Assembly (NCBI RefSeq): GCF_016433145.1
Contig: NC_058130.1
Coordinates: 169,334,633-169,398,632 of the forward strand
Length of the DNA stretch: 64,000 bases
Direction of reading: 5' to 3'
Source: Gracilinanus agilis
Lineage: Eukaryota
Made by a program: the position numbers and the translations under genes. The notes below the pieces were generated by a model that saw only the letters and a program-made list of their open reading frames with translations, was not told the DNA's origin and ran no database searches. Positions 1 to 13,234 of the stretch are shown in pieces; within the stretch, counting starts at the first letter, position 1; each line of letters opens with the position of its first letter.

Positions 1-650
1 ATTATCTCAAATGAGGAAGCACGTAAGAATCAACATAGTGTAGGAGAAAGGACCCACTTGTACAAAAGTATCCTAGCAGCACTTTTTGTGGTGGCAAAGA
101 ACTGGAAATCAAAGGAATGTCTATCAATTGGGGAATGACTGAATAAGTTGTGGCAAATGATTGTAACGGAATACTCTTATGCCATAAGAAATGACAAACA
201 AGATGATTCAGAATCCTGTAAAGACTTCTAGAAAGTGATGCAAAGTGAAGTAAGCAGAACCAGGACAATGTTGTACACAGTAACAGTAATAATGTATCAT
301 GATCAACTGTGAATGACTTCATCACTATCAGCATTGCAAGGATCCAAGGACAACTCCAAGGGACTCATGACAAAAAAGGTTATCCACTGCCATAGAGGGA
401 ACTGACAGAATCCGAATACAGATTGAAGCAAGCCATTCTTCACTTTACTTCCTCCATGAATTTTTCCTCTAGTGTAAGTAATATGTAATTCTTTTACAAC
501 ATGACAAATATAGAAATATGTATGGTATGATAACACATGTACAACCTACATTCATATTACCTGCCTTCTTTGGGGAAGGGGAAAAGGTAAGAGGGAGGGA
601 AGGAGAGAACATGGATTGTAAAATGTCAGAAAATGATTATTAAAAATTGT
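1..650 (+). mobile_element. L1 3' fragment
   Basis: degraded ORF2 C-terminus (gcagcactttttgtggtggcaaagaactggaaa) plus L1 3' UTR. Confidence 0.85.
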
Positions 651-653
651 ATT

Positions 654-844
654 GGGGGGCAGCTGGGTAGCTCAGTGGATTGAGAGCCAAGCCTAGAGAC
701 GGGAGGTCCTAGGTTCAAATCTGACCTCAGATACTTCCTAGCTGTATAAACCTGAGCAAGTCACTTAACCCCAGTTGCCTAGCCCTTCTACTTTGGAATC
801 AATACTTAATATCAATTTTAAACAAAAATAAGGGTTTAAAAAAA
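654..844 (+). mobile_element. SINE1_Mdo-like SINE
   Basis: ggggcagctgggtagctcagtgga head, CORE, agggtttaaaa tail. Confidence 0.9.
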
Positions 845-1760
845 CAACTATGCCCAAAGGACTATAAAGCTGTGCATACCTTTTGACCCAACGATACTAG
901 GTCTATATCCCAAAGAGATCAAAGATAGGGGGAAAGGTTCTCCTTGTATAAAAATATTTATAGCAGCTCTTTTTATAGCAAAGAATTAGAAATTGAGGAG
1001 ATGTTCATAAACAGGAGAATAGCTGAACAAGTTTTACTATATGATTGTAATAAAATACTAGTGTGCTATAAGAAATTACTAGCAGGATGATTTCAAAAAA
1101 AATCTGGAAAGACTTACATGAACAAAGTGAACAGAACCAGAAGAACATTGTACATAGTAACAGCAATAGTGTATAATGATGGGGGCAGCTGGGTAGCTCA
1201 GTGGATTGAGAGCCAGGCCTAGAGATGGGAGGTCCTAGGTTCAAATCTGATCTCAGACACTTCCCAGCTGTGTGACCCTGGGCAAGTCACTTGATCCTCA
1301 TTGCCTACCCTTACCACTCTTTTGCCTTGGAACCAATACACAGTATTGAATCCAAGACAAAGGTAAGGGTTTAAAAAAAAAAAATATATATATATATATA
1401 GTATAATGATCGACTGGAAATAATTTATCTATTCTCAGCAATACAATGATCTAAGACAATTCTAAGGGACATGATGAACAATGCTCTCTACCTCCAGAGA
1501 AAGAACTTATAGCATCTGAATGCAATTTGAAGCACAATATTTTTCACTTTATTTTTTCATGGGCTTTTTTTTTGGTGGGGTTTTTTTTTTACATGAATAA
1601 AATTGAATTGTTTTGCATGATGGCACTGTACAACTGATAGCAAATTGCTTACCATCTCTGAGAGGAGGGAAGGATCATGGAGGGAGAGAATTTAGAACTC
1701 AAAATTTCTAAAAACAAATATTAAAAATTGTTTTTATATGTAATTGGGGGGATTAAATAT
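845..1760 (+). mobile_element. second L1 3' fragment interrupted by a SINE
   Basis: tgtgcataccttttgaccca...ccaaagagatc ORF2 end, then 3' UTR. Confidence 0.8.
1181..1400 (+). mobile_element. SINE1_Mdo-like SINE with TSD
   Basis: full length; TSD gtataatgat at 1171-1180 and 1401-1410. Confidence 0.93.
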
Positions 1761-2579
1761 ATATATATATATTTTTTTTTAATTCACAGATCTCAAGTTA
1801 GGAATCCTTGTTCTAGGAATAAGGAGTAGGAAAGTAGCTATGTGGGAAAGATGGAAGATTGTAACAAACAGGACCTCTTTTCAGCATCCTACCTTGGGGA
1901 TCTATCTCAGTTCCAACTCACTCTTTCTTTCCTTCTGCTGGCCCCATGAAGTGGCCTCCCTATTCTGCCTTCCCAATACAACACAGCATTTATTGCTCCT
2001 GACATGCAACTTCCTGATCCACTGTGACAAAGAAGGTAGCCTAGTTTCTTCTAGCTCCCCTGTTTCTGAAGTAAACACAAAGCCCATCTGAAACTCTCCA
2101 TAGGTTTTTATTGTTAATTGTCATGGAAGAACAGAGTACATAAATTTCTTTCCTCTTTCATGGAGAAACAGAGTATAAAAAATTTCTTTCCTAATACTGC
2201 ATAATTATTATATTCAAGCTTGGTCTAGAAAAGAATTGGGAAAATATACCTCCCTCTCTTCATGAAGTGATTGAGGAAGGAAGACTATGGATATAAAATA
2301 TTACATATATGTCATACATGGTCAGTTTTGCTGAACTGCTTTTTTCTCTCTCTTTTTTTTTTAAAAGATTTTTCCAAGAGATGGATCATAGGGTAGGAAT
2401 AATGGGAGGAAAATATTTTTTAAAAAGCGAAGTAAAAACGAAAGGCATTAATAAAAATGATAAAAAATTTTAACCTACCAAATCATAGCTAATTGATATG
2501 GGTGGTCTTTGGGTATACAAAGGACTTCAGAAGTATTCATTCCAATCTGAGGTTTTAGAAAATCTTCTATTTCAATCAC

Positions 2580-3230
2580 TCTATTGCAAATATTAATAAT
2601 ATGGAAATAGGTTGTGAACAATGATACACATATAACCCAGTGGAATTGCTCGTCAGCTCTGGGAGGGGGGAGAGAAGAAGGTAGGGAAAAAAGATGAATT
2701 ATGTAACCATGGGAAAACACTCTAAATAAATAAATAAATTTAAAAATAAAATAAATAACAAAAGATAAAAAAAGAAAATTTTCCATTTCATTGAAGGGAT
2801 GTCCATTAACTGGGGAATGGCTGAACAAATTGTGGTACATGTTGGTAATAAAACACTATTGTGCTATGGGAAATGATAATAAGAAAGATCATTTCAGAAA
2901 AAACTGAAAAGACCTATGGGAACTGATACAGAGCAAAATAAGCAGAATTGGGAGAACATAGTACACAATGACAGCAATACTGGATGATGATTATCTGTGA
3001 AAACTTGGCTACTCTCAGCAATGCACTGATCTGGGTTATCCTGAAAGACTTACAATAGGGAATGCCAGCCAACTCCAGGGAAAGCACTGCTGGAGTAGTC
3101 TTTCATATCAGTGTATCTTTGGTTTTATTTGGGGGTTTTGGTTATGTATGAATGTGCTCTTACAACAATGACCAATATGGAAGTGTGTTTTGCATGACAA
3201 TAAAAGAAAAAAGAAAATCTTCCATTTCTA
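2580..3230 (+). mobile_element. L1 3' fragments
   Basis: ggggaatggctgaacaaattgtgg motif and 3' UTR; boundaries approximate. Confidence 0.7.
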
Positions 3231-3868
3231 TCTGGAAAATACTCCTTGACACTAGATTTACGGAGTGCTGCTCAGGCAACGAAGCAGAAAATACCATTCT
3301 AATGGATGCCTTTCAGTCCTGCCCATCCACCCTCACACTGGTGGGAGATCCCCCAAGATCCCTTCTAGGTAAGCCTCATTCTGGGGATTTAGAGCAAGGG
3401 ATCATGGAGATCTCTGACACAAGACCAGATAGTATTGAAAGTTAGATTAATTAATCCTGAGTCCTATCTGTGAGCCTGCAGTTCTGCCATGATGTTCAGA
3501 AGGGAACTAATTCCAGGAACCAAGAACCAATCCCAAACCACTGGTATGTAATATGCTACAAGGAAATGGGAAGATGAAGTTCCAAGGGTAGCTCCTTTTC
3601 ACAGCCATAAAAAGAATAAGATGGTAGGAGAGGGATGGGCTCTCCCCAGACCAACTGGTTAGAAGAATTATCCCAGAGGGAACCATCATAGAACCATCAA
3701 TACATCCTACCTGAAGCCCATGCCCACCTATCTATGATCAGAAATGTAGTTCTTACATTAATACCAGAGACTTCCTGTTGAAAACTGGTTTCAGCCCCAA
3801 AACCCCAGTAGCAATTTCCAAAAAGGTGGTTCATCAGCAGTCTTTGTGCATCCATCCTGAAAATCTTC

Positions 3869-3952
3869 CTAGTTTGAAAGCACCCTCTGTATCCGTTCCC
3901 GAACTTCCTTTGGTCCCAAGGACATCATCATCTCTGCAACAGTTGGGCCACG
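3869..3952 (-). CDS. EARS2: EARS2 exon 9 (terminal coding part)
   Basis: [30 protein letters not shown]; 84 nt. Confidence 0.96.
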   Translation of the reverse strand, partial: RGPTVAEMMMSLGPKEVRERIQRVLSN

Positions 3953-4105
3953 CTGAAAATAATGAGAAATAAGATCCCTACCAGGATCCTCCAACTGTCT
4001 TCACAGTTAGAGAAGGACCACTTGCTATGGTGGTTAGTCTTTCTCAGCACTTAAGAGTTTAAAGGTTAGGGGAAGGAGTCCAAGAAAAAGTCAAGCCAAA
4101 CTGAC

Positions 4106-4241
4106 CTGCTGTCCAGTGAGTGCCATGCGAAGAAGTTTCATCATTCTGACATACTCAACACCTTCTGTCTTCTCTGACAGTTTTTTCAGCTCTTGGTTCA
4201 ACACCTCCTGAGTGAGAAATATGCCAGGTGTTTCCAACAAC
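4106..4241 (-). CDS. EARS2: EARS2 exon 8
   Basis: LLETPG...ELKKLSE...[12 protein letters not shown]; 136 nt. Confidence 0.95.
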
Positions 4242-4799
4242 CTAGAAGAAGCCCAACTAATTCATTAGAACTCCCATGGACTTGGGAGAGAGTTTCCCCA
4301 AAGAGGGACCCAAGGAAAGGAATAAAGTTGAAGGAAATTTCCCAGAAGGCTCTCATTCAAATACAGTGCAAGACATGCTAACTGTCGAGCTTTAGAACAA
4401 CTTTGAAAATAAGCCTACTGTGATAGAATCCAATCTAGTCAAGTATGAGAAGTTTTCTAAAAGAAGGACCCAAGAAAAGACAATCTCCTATGAATTATCA
4501 CATTCTTCCAAAAGTAGGGAACAGGCCCCTCAGGGTGATCAAAAACAAGGAAAAGAATCCATTTCTATGTCAGCAAGTGGTAGTAAAAAGGGACACCACC
4601 AAAATGTCAGAAAAAAACAAGGGCTTCAGAGCAGAGGAGTAAGTCAGTCAATACAATACAGAAAAATTACGGCTTCTGATGAATTACTTGAAGCAGAGAT
4701 TAGCAAAAAAAAAAAACAGCAAAGATGGCCAAGATAGCCAAGATGACTCATCACACAGTCTCCTCTGAGGTGGATCTTGGGATAAAAACTATTTCCCCA

Positions 4800-5350
4800 A
4801 GTCTCCCCTCCCTTTTACAGCTAAACTGCTTGAGAAGACTCTCTAGTCAGTACCTTCACTTCATTTCCTCTTGGCAATCTGGCATCTAACCTCATGATTC
4901 AACTGCAACTGATCTCTCCAAAGTTATCTGGAATCTCTTCACTGCCAGATAATCTAATGGCCTTTTCTCAGACTTTATTCTTTTTGATCTCTGTAGCCTT
5001 GAACACTGGTGACTGCCCTTTTCTCCTTCTTACTTCTTCTCTTTAGGCTTTTACTCTTTCCTGGTTCTCTTCCTTCCTTTCCTGCTCCTTCTCAATTTCC
5101 TCTGTTGAACCTTTATCCCAAATCACACCCAGTAAATATGAAGGTCTCCTAAGTCTCTGTCCAGGGTCCTTGTCTCTTCTCCCTCTGCCATTTTACTCAG
5201 TGATCTCACTGGGTCCCATGGATTCAACCCTCATCTCTATGCAGATAATTCTAAGATCTATTTGTCTAGCTCTAACCTCTCTCCTGATCTCTAAGTCTCA
5301 CACCTCCAATTACCTACTAATCATCTTAAACTGGATGTTCCATAGATACC
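4800..5350 (+). mobile_element. L2 fragment
   Basis: ctcttctccctct...gggtcccatggattcaac...tctatgcagataattct L2-type motif. Confidence 0.6.
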
Positions 5351-5570
5351 TTTTTTCTTTTCTTTTTTTTTTTTTCAAACCTTTGCCTTCTATCTTAAGA
5401 TCATTACTGTATATTGGTGCTAAAGCAGAAGAGCAGTAAGGGCTGGGCAATTGGGATTAAGTGACTTGTCTAGGGTCACACAGCTAGAAAAGTATCGAAG
5501 GTCAGATTTGAATCCAGCTCCTCCCAACTCCAGGTCTGATGCTCTAATGACTATGCCATCTACCTGCCCC
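5351..5570 (-). mobile_element. SINE1_Mdo-like SINE
   Basis: reverse-complement head, CORE and tail. Confidence 0.85.
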
Positions 5571-5695
5571 TTAATAAATGTTTATCAATCTAACTAGATT
5601 ACCTAATTACAAATCAAGAGACCTAATTCAAATTCCCACTCTGCTGCTAACTAGCTGGATGATCAAAGAGCAAATCACTTCATTTTCTTGGAGCT

Positions 5696-6037
5696 TGTGA
5701 TATTGGAAATTTGGGGGTTCTAGAGCTAATTTTGAGGTCCCTGATCTAAACTTCCTGTGGACATTTAGGGGACTTCAAACTACATTTCCCGTGATTCTTG
5801 GCTTACGTAAATGACGTAGGCAATTACCTAAAAACTTAAACAGAAGGTTAAATAGTGGGTTGGTACCCTTGCTTCTTTTGTGATTGTGGAAGAGCGAGGA
5901 TGGGAGGAGCATTGGTGGGTCCCTTTAAAATAACTCAACAGGCATGTGGCTTGACTTTTCTAAACGGCTTTCAATAAATCCCTTAAAAACCATGATATTT
6001 TTAATTTTATCACTCTATATTAATTTTATTTCTTACA
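5696..6037 (+). mobile_element. ERV solo LTR (342 bp)
   Basis: TGTGA...TTACA ends, flanking gct repeat (TSD ambiguous), AATAAA at 5973. Confidence 0.7.
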
Positions 6038-6807
6038 GCTTAATTCTCTTATGTATAGAATGAGGGGATGAATGGAGTAACCTCTAACATTCTTTTTACT
6101 GCCTAAATTAATCTTGGATTCTATGAGCCAGCTACCTCAAATGATTCTCTAGGGCTTTAGTTCAATTCAAGAAGTATTAATTAAGCAATTTCTCCCATGG
6201 GCCAGACCTCATGCTAAGCACTGTTGTTATAAAGACAAAAAAGAAAAAGACAAAAAAGACAAAAATGAAACTGTCCTGCCACTTTTCTAAGAGACACTTG
6301 ACTGTAAGCAATCACAAAAGAGTCTGGGACATACTAGATAAGACTGGAAAATAGAATGGGGAAAGAAGGAACTTTTAAAGAACTTCCTGTTTTGGGGCAT
6401 TTCTGGGTTTGCTATGTCTAGTCTGAGTAGAAGTCACTAAAAAAACCCTGAAATATAACCACATGCTAGAGGTCAGTGACAAGCACTGTTTTAGGAGACA
6501 GGAGGCCTGATATCTAGTGATTATCCCTTTCACCAACTTTGAACATGTCACTAACACTGAACTTTAATGCCTTCTATGGGGACAGAAAAATTATTCTATT
6601 TATCATCTGTGCCCCAGAGAGGTTCAGAGGCATTCTCATTAAATTTAGTCTGGCCTGTGCCCTGGGTTCCTCAGGATAAATAAAGTCACTTTGTTAGCCT
6701 GTTCTTCACAGCTTCACTAGTTATCAACTGTGCTAGTGGCCATCCTGGACCCAAAACTACGGAAAGAAGAGAAGGATGGGCACCCAGAGGCTAAGGTGGG
6801 CACTCAC

Positions 6808-6938
6808 CCTAGGACCAGCTTAGCAATCACATCCACTTCTCCTGAGATGGTCTGAAGCTGTGCTTTAGCCACAGCAGGGCGAATCCACAGGTAGGAATAC
6901 ACTGGTGAGACCAAGTCTTGCAAGAGACTGATGCGCCC
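6808..6938 (-). CDS. EARS2: EARS2 exon 7
   Basis: [23 protein letters not shown]...VL; 131 nt, donor GTGAGT. Confidence 0.96.
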
Positions 6939-7134
6939 CTAGAAAGAAAGGGATGAGAAAGAGACAATCACAGAGATGTCAGAAAGGAACCTCAGCAGTG
7001 GTTCTCTAAGGAAGTCTGGGCAGGATGGGGTGCTCAAAAAGGAATAGCCCTTTGCTTCTTTGTATTGCCTTGGTGCACAAAGGGGAAAGACTATAACATC
7101 CATGGGGCCCCCACCAATGCGCACCTGTCCATAC

Positions 7135-7288
7135 CTGTCCTAACAAAAGAATTCTGTCTATGGATTCCTCACTGAGGACATCCCTGTCCTCCAGCTGCTC
7201 TCCATATACGTCCTCCACCATGACCCGAAGCTTCTTCACAAGCTGGAGCCTCTGAGCCTTGTCATTCAACAATCTAATCAAATGCAGC
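7135..7288 (-). CDS. EARS2: EARS2 exon 6
   Basis: LHLIRLL...RILLLGQ; 154 nt. Confidence 0.95.
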
Positions 7289-8526
7289 CTATAGGAGAGA
7301 TGAAGTTACAGATCTGCTCCAGCAAGAGAAAGGGGATGTGAGGGGAGTAGGAAGAGAGGATACAAGAGAAGATCGGGTGAAGCAAAGGAGCCTGATGCCA
7401 TCCCCTCAATGGGATTGGGAAGACTAAAGAATGCCAAAAAAAAAAAAAAAGGTAATGTGGGTTACACCAAATTATCCCTCCATGCCCAACAAAGGAGATA
7501 GGAGTTTTTCTTTTTACATGTGGAAAAGTAAGGACCGTACAATCAGATGATATTTTTGAGGAACTATAACTAGAATTTAAGATTGTTGGGGTTTTTTGGC
7601 TTCTAGGATATCCTAGGCTATAGCTATTACAGGGGCAAAATCAAGAACAAGGATTTTTGTGACTCAAAATGACAGAAACATCCTGGAGATCAGGCTGAGA
7701 GGCCTTTGTGAATAAACAACATTATGACATAGAACTGGGAGTTGGGAGCCCTGAATTTCATTGGCAAAGCTATAACTGCTTTGCCAAAAGTCATCCTTGT
7801 TTCCTCCCCAGGACTACTGTCCCTCCTCAAAGCATCAGGAAACTTCTAGATCCTCACAACCAACTCATCATGTTTCACCTTACACTATTACTATCCAGGC
7901 TAGACTAGCCCATCCTTTTTGTGAGTTAGTAGCCATAACAAAAAAGGCAAAAAGGACTCAGAATAAAAAGATAAGCTAAGAATTCTACTTCTTAATTTGG
8001 AGACTATTGCCTTTCTGAAATCTGCCTTTTCTAACAATCATGCAATAAATAATATGCCATCACTGCCAGTTCATCTAAATCACTTAATAAACATCTGTAG
8101 TGTGCTTATACTCAGAAAACTGAAATTGGAAATATTTAATAAACAAAATTCAAAATAGGTAAATTATAGCGTTCATGAGCAAGCTGGAGACTAAAAAAGA
8201 AATGAAATTCCCAGTTCCTTAAGTAAATCTGATTAAATGAGAAATATTTTTCAAAATTAGTCACCAGTGGAGGAATTTATTTTGTTTGACTACATATATT
8301 TGTCCCAAGGGTTTTCCCCTACCCAATGGAGTAAGTGGCAAGGAGAGAAAATAAAAATTTGCTCATTGAAAATACACTTATTTAAGATAAATAAATCTCA
8401 TCCTCCATAAAAAGGTCTTGCTCAAACATATAGCCAGCTATCAACTGAAATAAGAAAACTGGCCCAGGGAAAGTTCTCCTTTGAGAAAGTCATCTTCCTA
8501 AAACAGACCTGGTCTATACCACTCAC

Positions 8527-8635
8527 CTGTTATATTCAGGAAGTTTTTCCAGATCCAGAAGAGCTGAGTGGGTGCTGACCCCAGTTAAATCAAACTGTTC
8601 TATCAACTCTGGCAGCGTCCTCCCCATCTGGTTCC
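8527..8635 (-). CDS. EARS2: EARS2 exon 5
   Basis: [16 protein letters not shown]...LEKLPEYN; 109 nt, donor GTGAGT. Confidence 0.96.
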
Positions 8636-8957
8636 CTGCAAATCAGTCAGGCCTGTCAAGATAGTATACTCTTCCTGGGCATTCAGATTCCTTTCCCTAT
8701 CTAAACGGTAGGTTCATTACCATAATAGACCAGGCTGCCTCTCAGTACATTTTCAGGAATTCTTCCCACTAGGATAAGATTCATCCTGCTTTTCTTACAG
8801 ATTCCCATTCACAGCCCCAAGCCAAGGATTCAGGCCAGGCTCTAAGAAAGTTAGGGTCCTCGTAAGACTAGTTCCAAGGGCTTCTCAGACAAAAGGTAAA
8901 AAAATCCTTGAGTCACGAAAATCTGCCTCCCCTCACCTCATCCCATCACCACAGTAC

Positions 8958-9430
8958 CTGCAAACCCTGAGCCATAATTAGTGATGATGTCTAATAAAGT
9001 CTCTGGGAGAAAGCCCTTTGAAGCAAAGTGTTCCAGAAAGATGTCCCCTTGCCGCTTAGACAACTTGCTGCCATCCTTATTGAGAAGCAGAGGCAAATGG
9101 GCAAAGTGGGGTGGCTCCCAACCCAGGGCCCTGTATAAAAGTAGATGCTTAGCAGTAGAGACAAGCCACTCCTTTCCTCGAAGGACATGGCTGATGCCCA
9201 TATGATGGTCATCCACCACACAGGCCAGGTGATAAGTGGGGAAGCCATCGCTCTTCAGGATCACTGGGTCACCCTCAACACTGGCCACTTCATGCCGGTT
9301 CCAGCCATACACCAGGTCCTGGAAAGTCTCAGCTCCCTCCTCTAGACGGAAGCGGATAGTTGGCTTGGCCCCCTCTGCCAGTTTCCTGGCTACATGCTCA
9401 GGATTCAGGTGCCGACACCGATTGTCATAC
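8958..9430 (-). CDS. EARS2: EARS2 exon 4
   Basis: YDNRCR...[22 protein letters not shown]...KLSKRQGD; 473 nt. Confidence 0.98.
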
Positions 9431-9712
9431 CTATTGAAATTTCATGGAAAAATATTCTCAGTCTAGAAGTCTCCAAGTCAGCACCCCAGCTGAGCTTGAA
9501 CTGATTAACATTAGTTAGATGAGGCTAGATTATATAAGAACTGTAGAGAAATACAATATGGAATTATAATACATGAGTACATTGATATAAATGGAAAGAA
9601 CCAGAAAACAACCAAAATGGAATGTTGCAGTTATAAAGAACATGCTTTAGCCTACACAGAAAATAGCCTCTATCAAATTGTTTGCCTCCTCAAAGAGGAG
9701 GGGGTGAGAGAA

Positions 9713-9715
<3 letters not shown>

Positions 9716-9743
<28 letters not shown>

Positions 9744-9750
9744 CAGAGAC
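9716..9750. repeat. (GACA)n microsatellite
   Basis: gacagacagacagac... Confidence 0.9.
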
Positions 9751-10132
9751 AGAGAATTTAGAACTCAAAATTTTAAAAACAAATGCTAAAAATTATTTTT
9801 ACATGTAACTGGGAAAAATATAAAAAAAAAAAAAAAAAAAAGAACATGCTTGGCCCCAAAGGGAAAAGATGGAAAGACATCCCACCACCACTACTCCTCT
9901 TCCATTCCCCATTCTCTCCTTTGACAAGATGGGTTTACACAGGTATGAAACCATCAGATTTTTTTTTTTATTTTTTGATTGATTTTGCTATTTTTCCCCC
10001 TTTTCTTCCTCTTTAAAAAAAATTCTTTGTTATAAGAGATTGCTGTCCAGGAGGGGAAAGGAAAGGAAAAAGAGAGTGATGTAAAAATAAAAGATAGCAA
10101 TATAATAAAGATTTCTTTAAAAAAGAAACATA

Positions 10133-10347
10133 GGGGCAGCTGGATAGCTCAGTGGATTGAGTCAGGCCTAGAGATGGGAGGTCCTAGGTTCAAATCTGGC
10201 CTCTGACACTTCCCAGCTGTGTGACCCTGGGCAAGTCACTTGACCCCCATTGTCTACCCTTGCCACTCTTCCACCTAGGAGCCAATACACAGAAGTTAAG
10301 GGTTTAAAAACCAAAACAAAACAAAACAAAACAAAACAAAACAAAAA
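10133..10347 (+). mobile_element. SINE1_Mdo-like SINE, short-tail variant with (AAAAC)n
   Basis: ttccacctaggagccaatacacagaagttaag tail; TSD aaaagaaaca. Confidence 0.93.
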
Positions 10348-10666
10348 AAAAGAAACACAGTTGGGGCAGTATGGTGATGCAATAGACTAAGAGCCAGGTC
10401 TAGAGAGGAAAGGTCCTGGGTTCAAATGTGGCCAGATACGTCCTAGCTATGTGACCCTGGACAAGTCACTTAAACCCCATTGCCTAGCCCTTATTTCTCT
10501 TCTGCCTTGGAACCTTCTAAGACAGATGGTAATGATTTAAAAAAAAAAAAAAGAAAGAAAGAAATATAGCAATGAAAAACGTCACACTAAAAGAACCAAC
10601 TGATAAAGTGTCAGAGACTTCGGGGGGGGGGGGGGGGGAATCAACTCTCAAGGACACACGTTGTAC

Positions 10667-10856
10667 CGTGGTGTCTGATGGTTCCTTAAGGCCTCTTTTT
10701 TCAGCAGCTCCAGTCGCTGGGGTGTACAGAAGCAACGGTAAGCAGCCCCAGTCCGCAACAGTGCCTCACTAGCTTGGGCATACAGATCTAGGCGTTGAGA
10801 TTGCAGGTAGGGCCCAGCAGGACCTCCACGTCGAGGGCTTTCATCAGGGGGGATGC
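10667..10856 (-). CDS. EARS2: EARS2 exon 3
   Basis: [22 protein letters not shown]...YRCFC...QTPR; 190 nt, AG/GT boundaries. Confidence 0.97.
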
Positions 10857-10994
10857 CTGGAGCACAGAGTAGGATATTAGCATTGGCCTCTAAATGCCTG
10901 GTCCCTCATGAAGCCTCCCCAAAAGGCTGGGAGAGAAAGCCCATAGGAGGAATCACAGGCAAAACACAGTCCACTCCCCACTCAAGTCCCTGGA

Positions 10995-11200
10995 GCAGCT
11001 AGGTAGCACAGTGGATAGAGAGCCAGAGCTGTAGTTGGGAGGACCTGGGTTCAAATCTGGCCTAAATCACTTCATAGCTGTGTAATCCTGGACAAGACAC
11101 TTAACCCCCATTGCCCAGCCCTTATTGAGCTTCTGCCTTGGAATCAACTGATTCTAAGACAGAAGATAAAGGCTTAGAAAATAAAAAAATAAAAAAATGC
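10995..11200 (+). mobile_element. SINE1_Mdo-like SINE
   Basis: head, CORE and tail. Confidence 0.85.
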
Positions 11201-11336
11201 ATGGTCTCAAATTAGTAGCGTAGCCAGTAATTCCCCACCCCACCCACAGAATATTTATTTTTCTCAAATGGGATAACAGGTATAACATGCTTTGCACATA
11301 TTAAAATACAATATAAAGAACTATTTTAAAGGGCCT

Positions 11337-11982
11337 TGTGAAAATAGAAATTAACTTTCCCTTTGTCTATATTTAGCTAATCAAATCAAGAACTTAAAGT
11401 ACCCCTACTTAATACCCCACTTAACCATTAGGTAAGAGAGCTCACTAGTTCACACCCTCAAAGGCCACAAGCACTGAAAATTGAAAGACTACAGTTGGTT
11501 TCTGTGAAAAGGGAGAGTCAGGAGATGACATGGAAAAATGGGTATAAAAAAGACCAACATGGTCTGGGACTCCATTCCCTTCCTGGTGTTTGGAGAAACT
11601 GGTTCCTTGGAGAGATTCCTTCCTTGGCTTGTGAAGAAATTGATTCCAGAGATTCCTGCCTTAGCTTTGAAGAGACTCTTTCCTTGGATTCTTCGCTGGC
11701 TTGCTGGAGACTACCAGACTTTCACATGGAGATTGGAATTTGAGGAAGGGGGGGGGGGAGGTGAACTGGACTTCACTTTGCCAGAGAAGCACTTAGAGCT
11801 GAGCTGGTAGGCTTGTTAAAGCTGTCCTTTTCCTACATTTCCCACTTTTACTTTTTCTCCCTTGTTGTAAATAAAAACTGTTCAGTCATTTTTGACTTAA
11901 GGGTTAATATTTTATAATGAGCGACCACAATACAACTGGTATAACTCTCAAATTGAGTCAAAAACCAATTATACTCTTTACA
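11337..11982 (+). mobile_element. ERV solo LTR (646 bp)
   Basis: TG...CA ends, perfect 4-bp TSD GCCT, TATAAAA at 11543, AATAAA ~11870. Confidence 0.9.
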
Positions 11983-12371
11983 GCCTAACATCTAGGATGA
12001 CAAAGGAAAGCCGGGGCACATGGTAATACAATGATCTCAACTTTTACATAACACAAATTGAGGGAACCCAGATGAAAACATCCCCCTCTGCTCAAATGGA
12101 GACTGTCCATAGGAGCTTTATATCAGAGCCCAGCCTGAATTTGAGGCTAGACCAGGAAAAGGAATGTATGTGTTTTTGAAAACAACCTGCTGGCCAGTAA
12201 ATTAAGTAAGATTTAATCAAATCTTTTCTGTTTCACCCACTATGATCAACTGGAAGGAAAAGTCCTCTGTTGCTCCCTATTATAATCTTCTCACGGTGCA
12301 CTGTCACTTCCATGATCAGAAATTGAAGGTATTTCCCACAGCATCAGCCAATTAATGGGGACACACTTTTT

Positions 12372-12572
12372 TTTTTTATACCTTTACCTTCTCTTAGAAT
12401 TGATACAAAGTATCAGTTCCAAGGCAGGAGAGTGGTAAGGGCTGGGCAAAGAGGATTAAATGACTTGCCCAGGATCACACAGCTAAGAAGTATCTGAGGC
12501 CAGATTTGAACACCGGATCTCCTATCCCTAGGCCTGGCTCTATATCCATTGAGCCACCTAGCTGCCACTGGG
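12372..12572 (-). mobile_element. SINE1_Mdo-like SINE
   Basis: reverse-complement consensus. Confidence 0.88.
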
Positions 12573-12991
12573 GCTGCTCTTTACAAAGGCCCTTCCCTTT
12601 ACCTGGCTCAATCTCTGCTCCTCCCTTTCCCCACCCACAGAATACTTGGGAGAAGAAAGGAGTAACTGGGGAAGCTATTCTAGATCTCAGAGAATTGCAC
12701 ACCTTGGGATCTCTCCAAAGCTAAATACCTGGGAAGCAATTCAGCCCAACCTTACATTCATTCCTTTTCTTCAGAGGGCTATCTGCTAACCTGAAGATCT
12801 TCCCTACCAACATATCCAACATTCTCCTCACCCCTTCCTCTCAGAAATTCTAAAATTACTTTTCCCACACCTCACAGGAAGGCCTCCTTTGGCCCCTCTT
12901 ACTTCTCCAAAGGCTGCAGGTAGAAGCCGGCTCCACAGCTGGTTATTAAAATCTTACTTGGGGAAAAAAAAAAGCTTTTTGGGAGACCCTA

Positions 12992-13183
<192 letters not shown>

Positions 13184-13234
13184 TTAGAAGGGGGGAAAAA
13201 ACCCTTAAAATTAGGCTAAGCAAAAGACTAAAAT

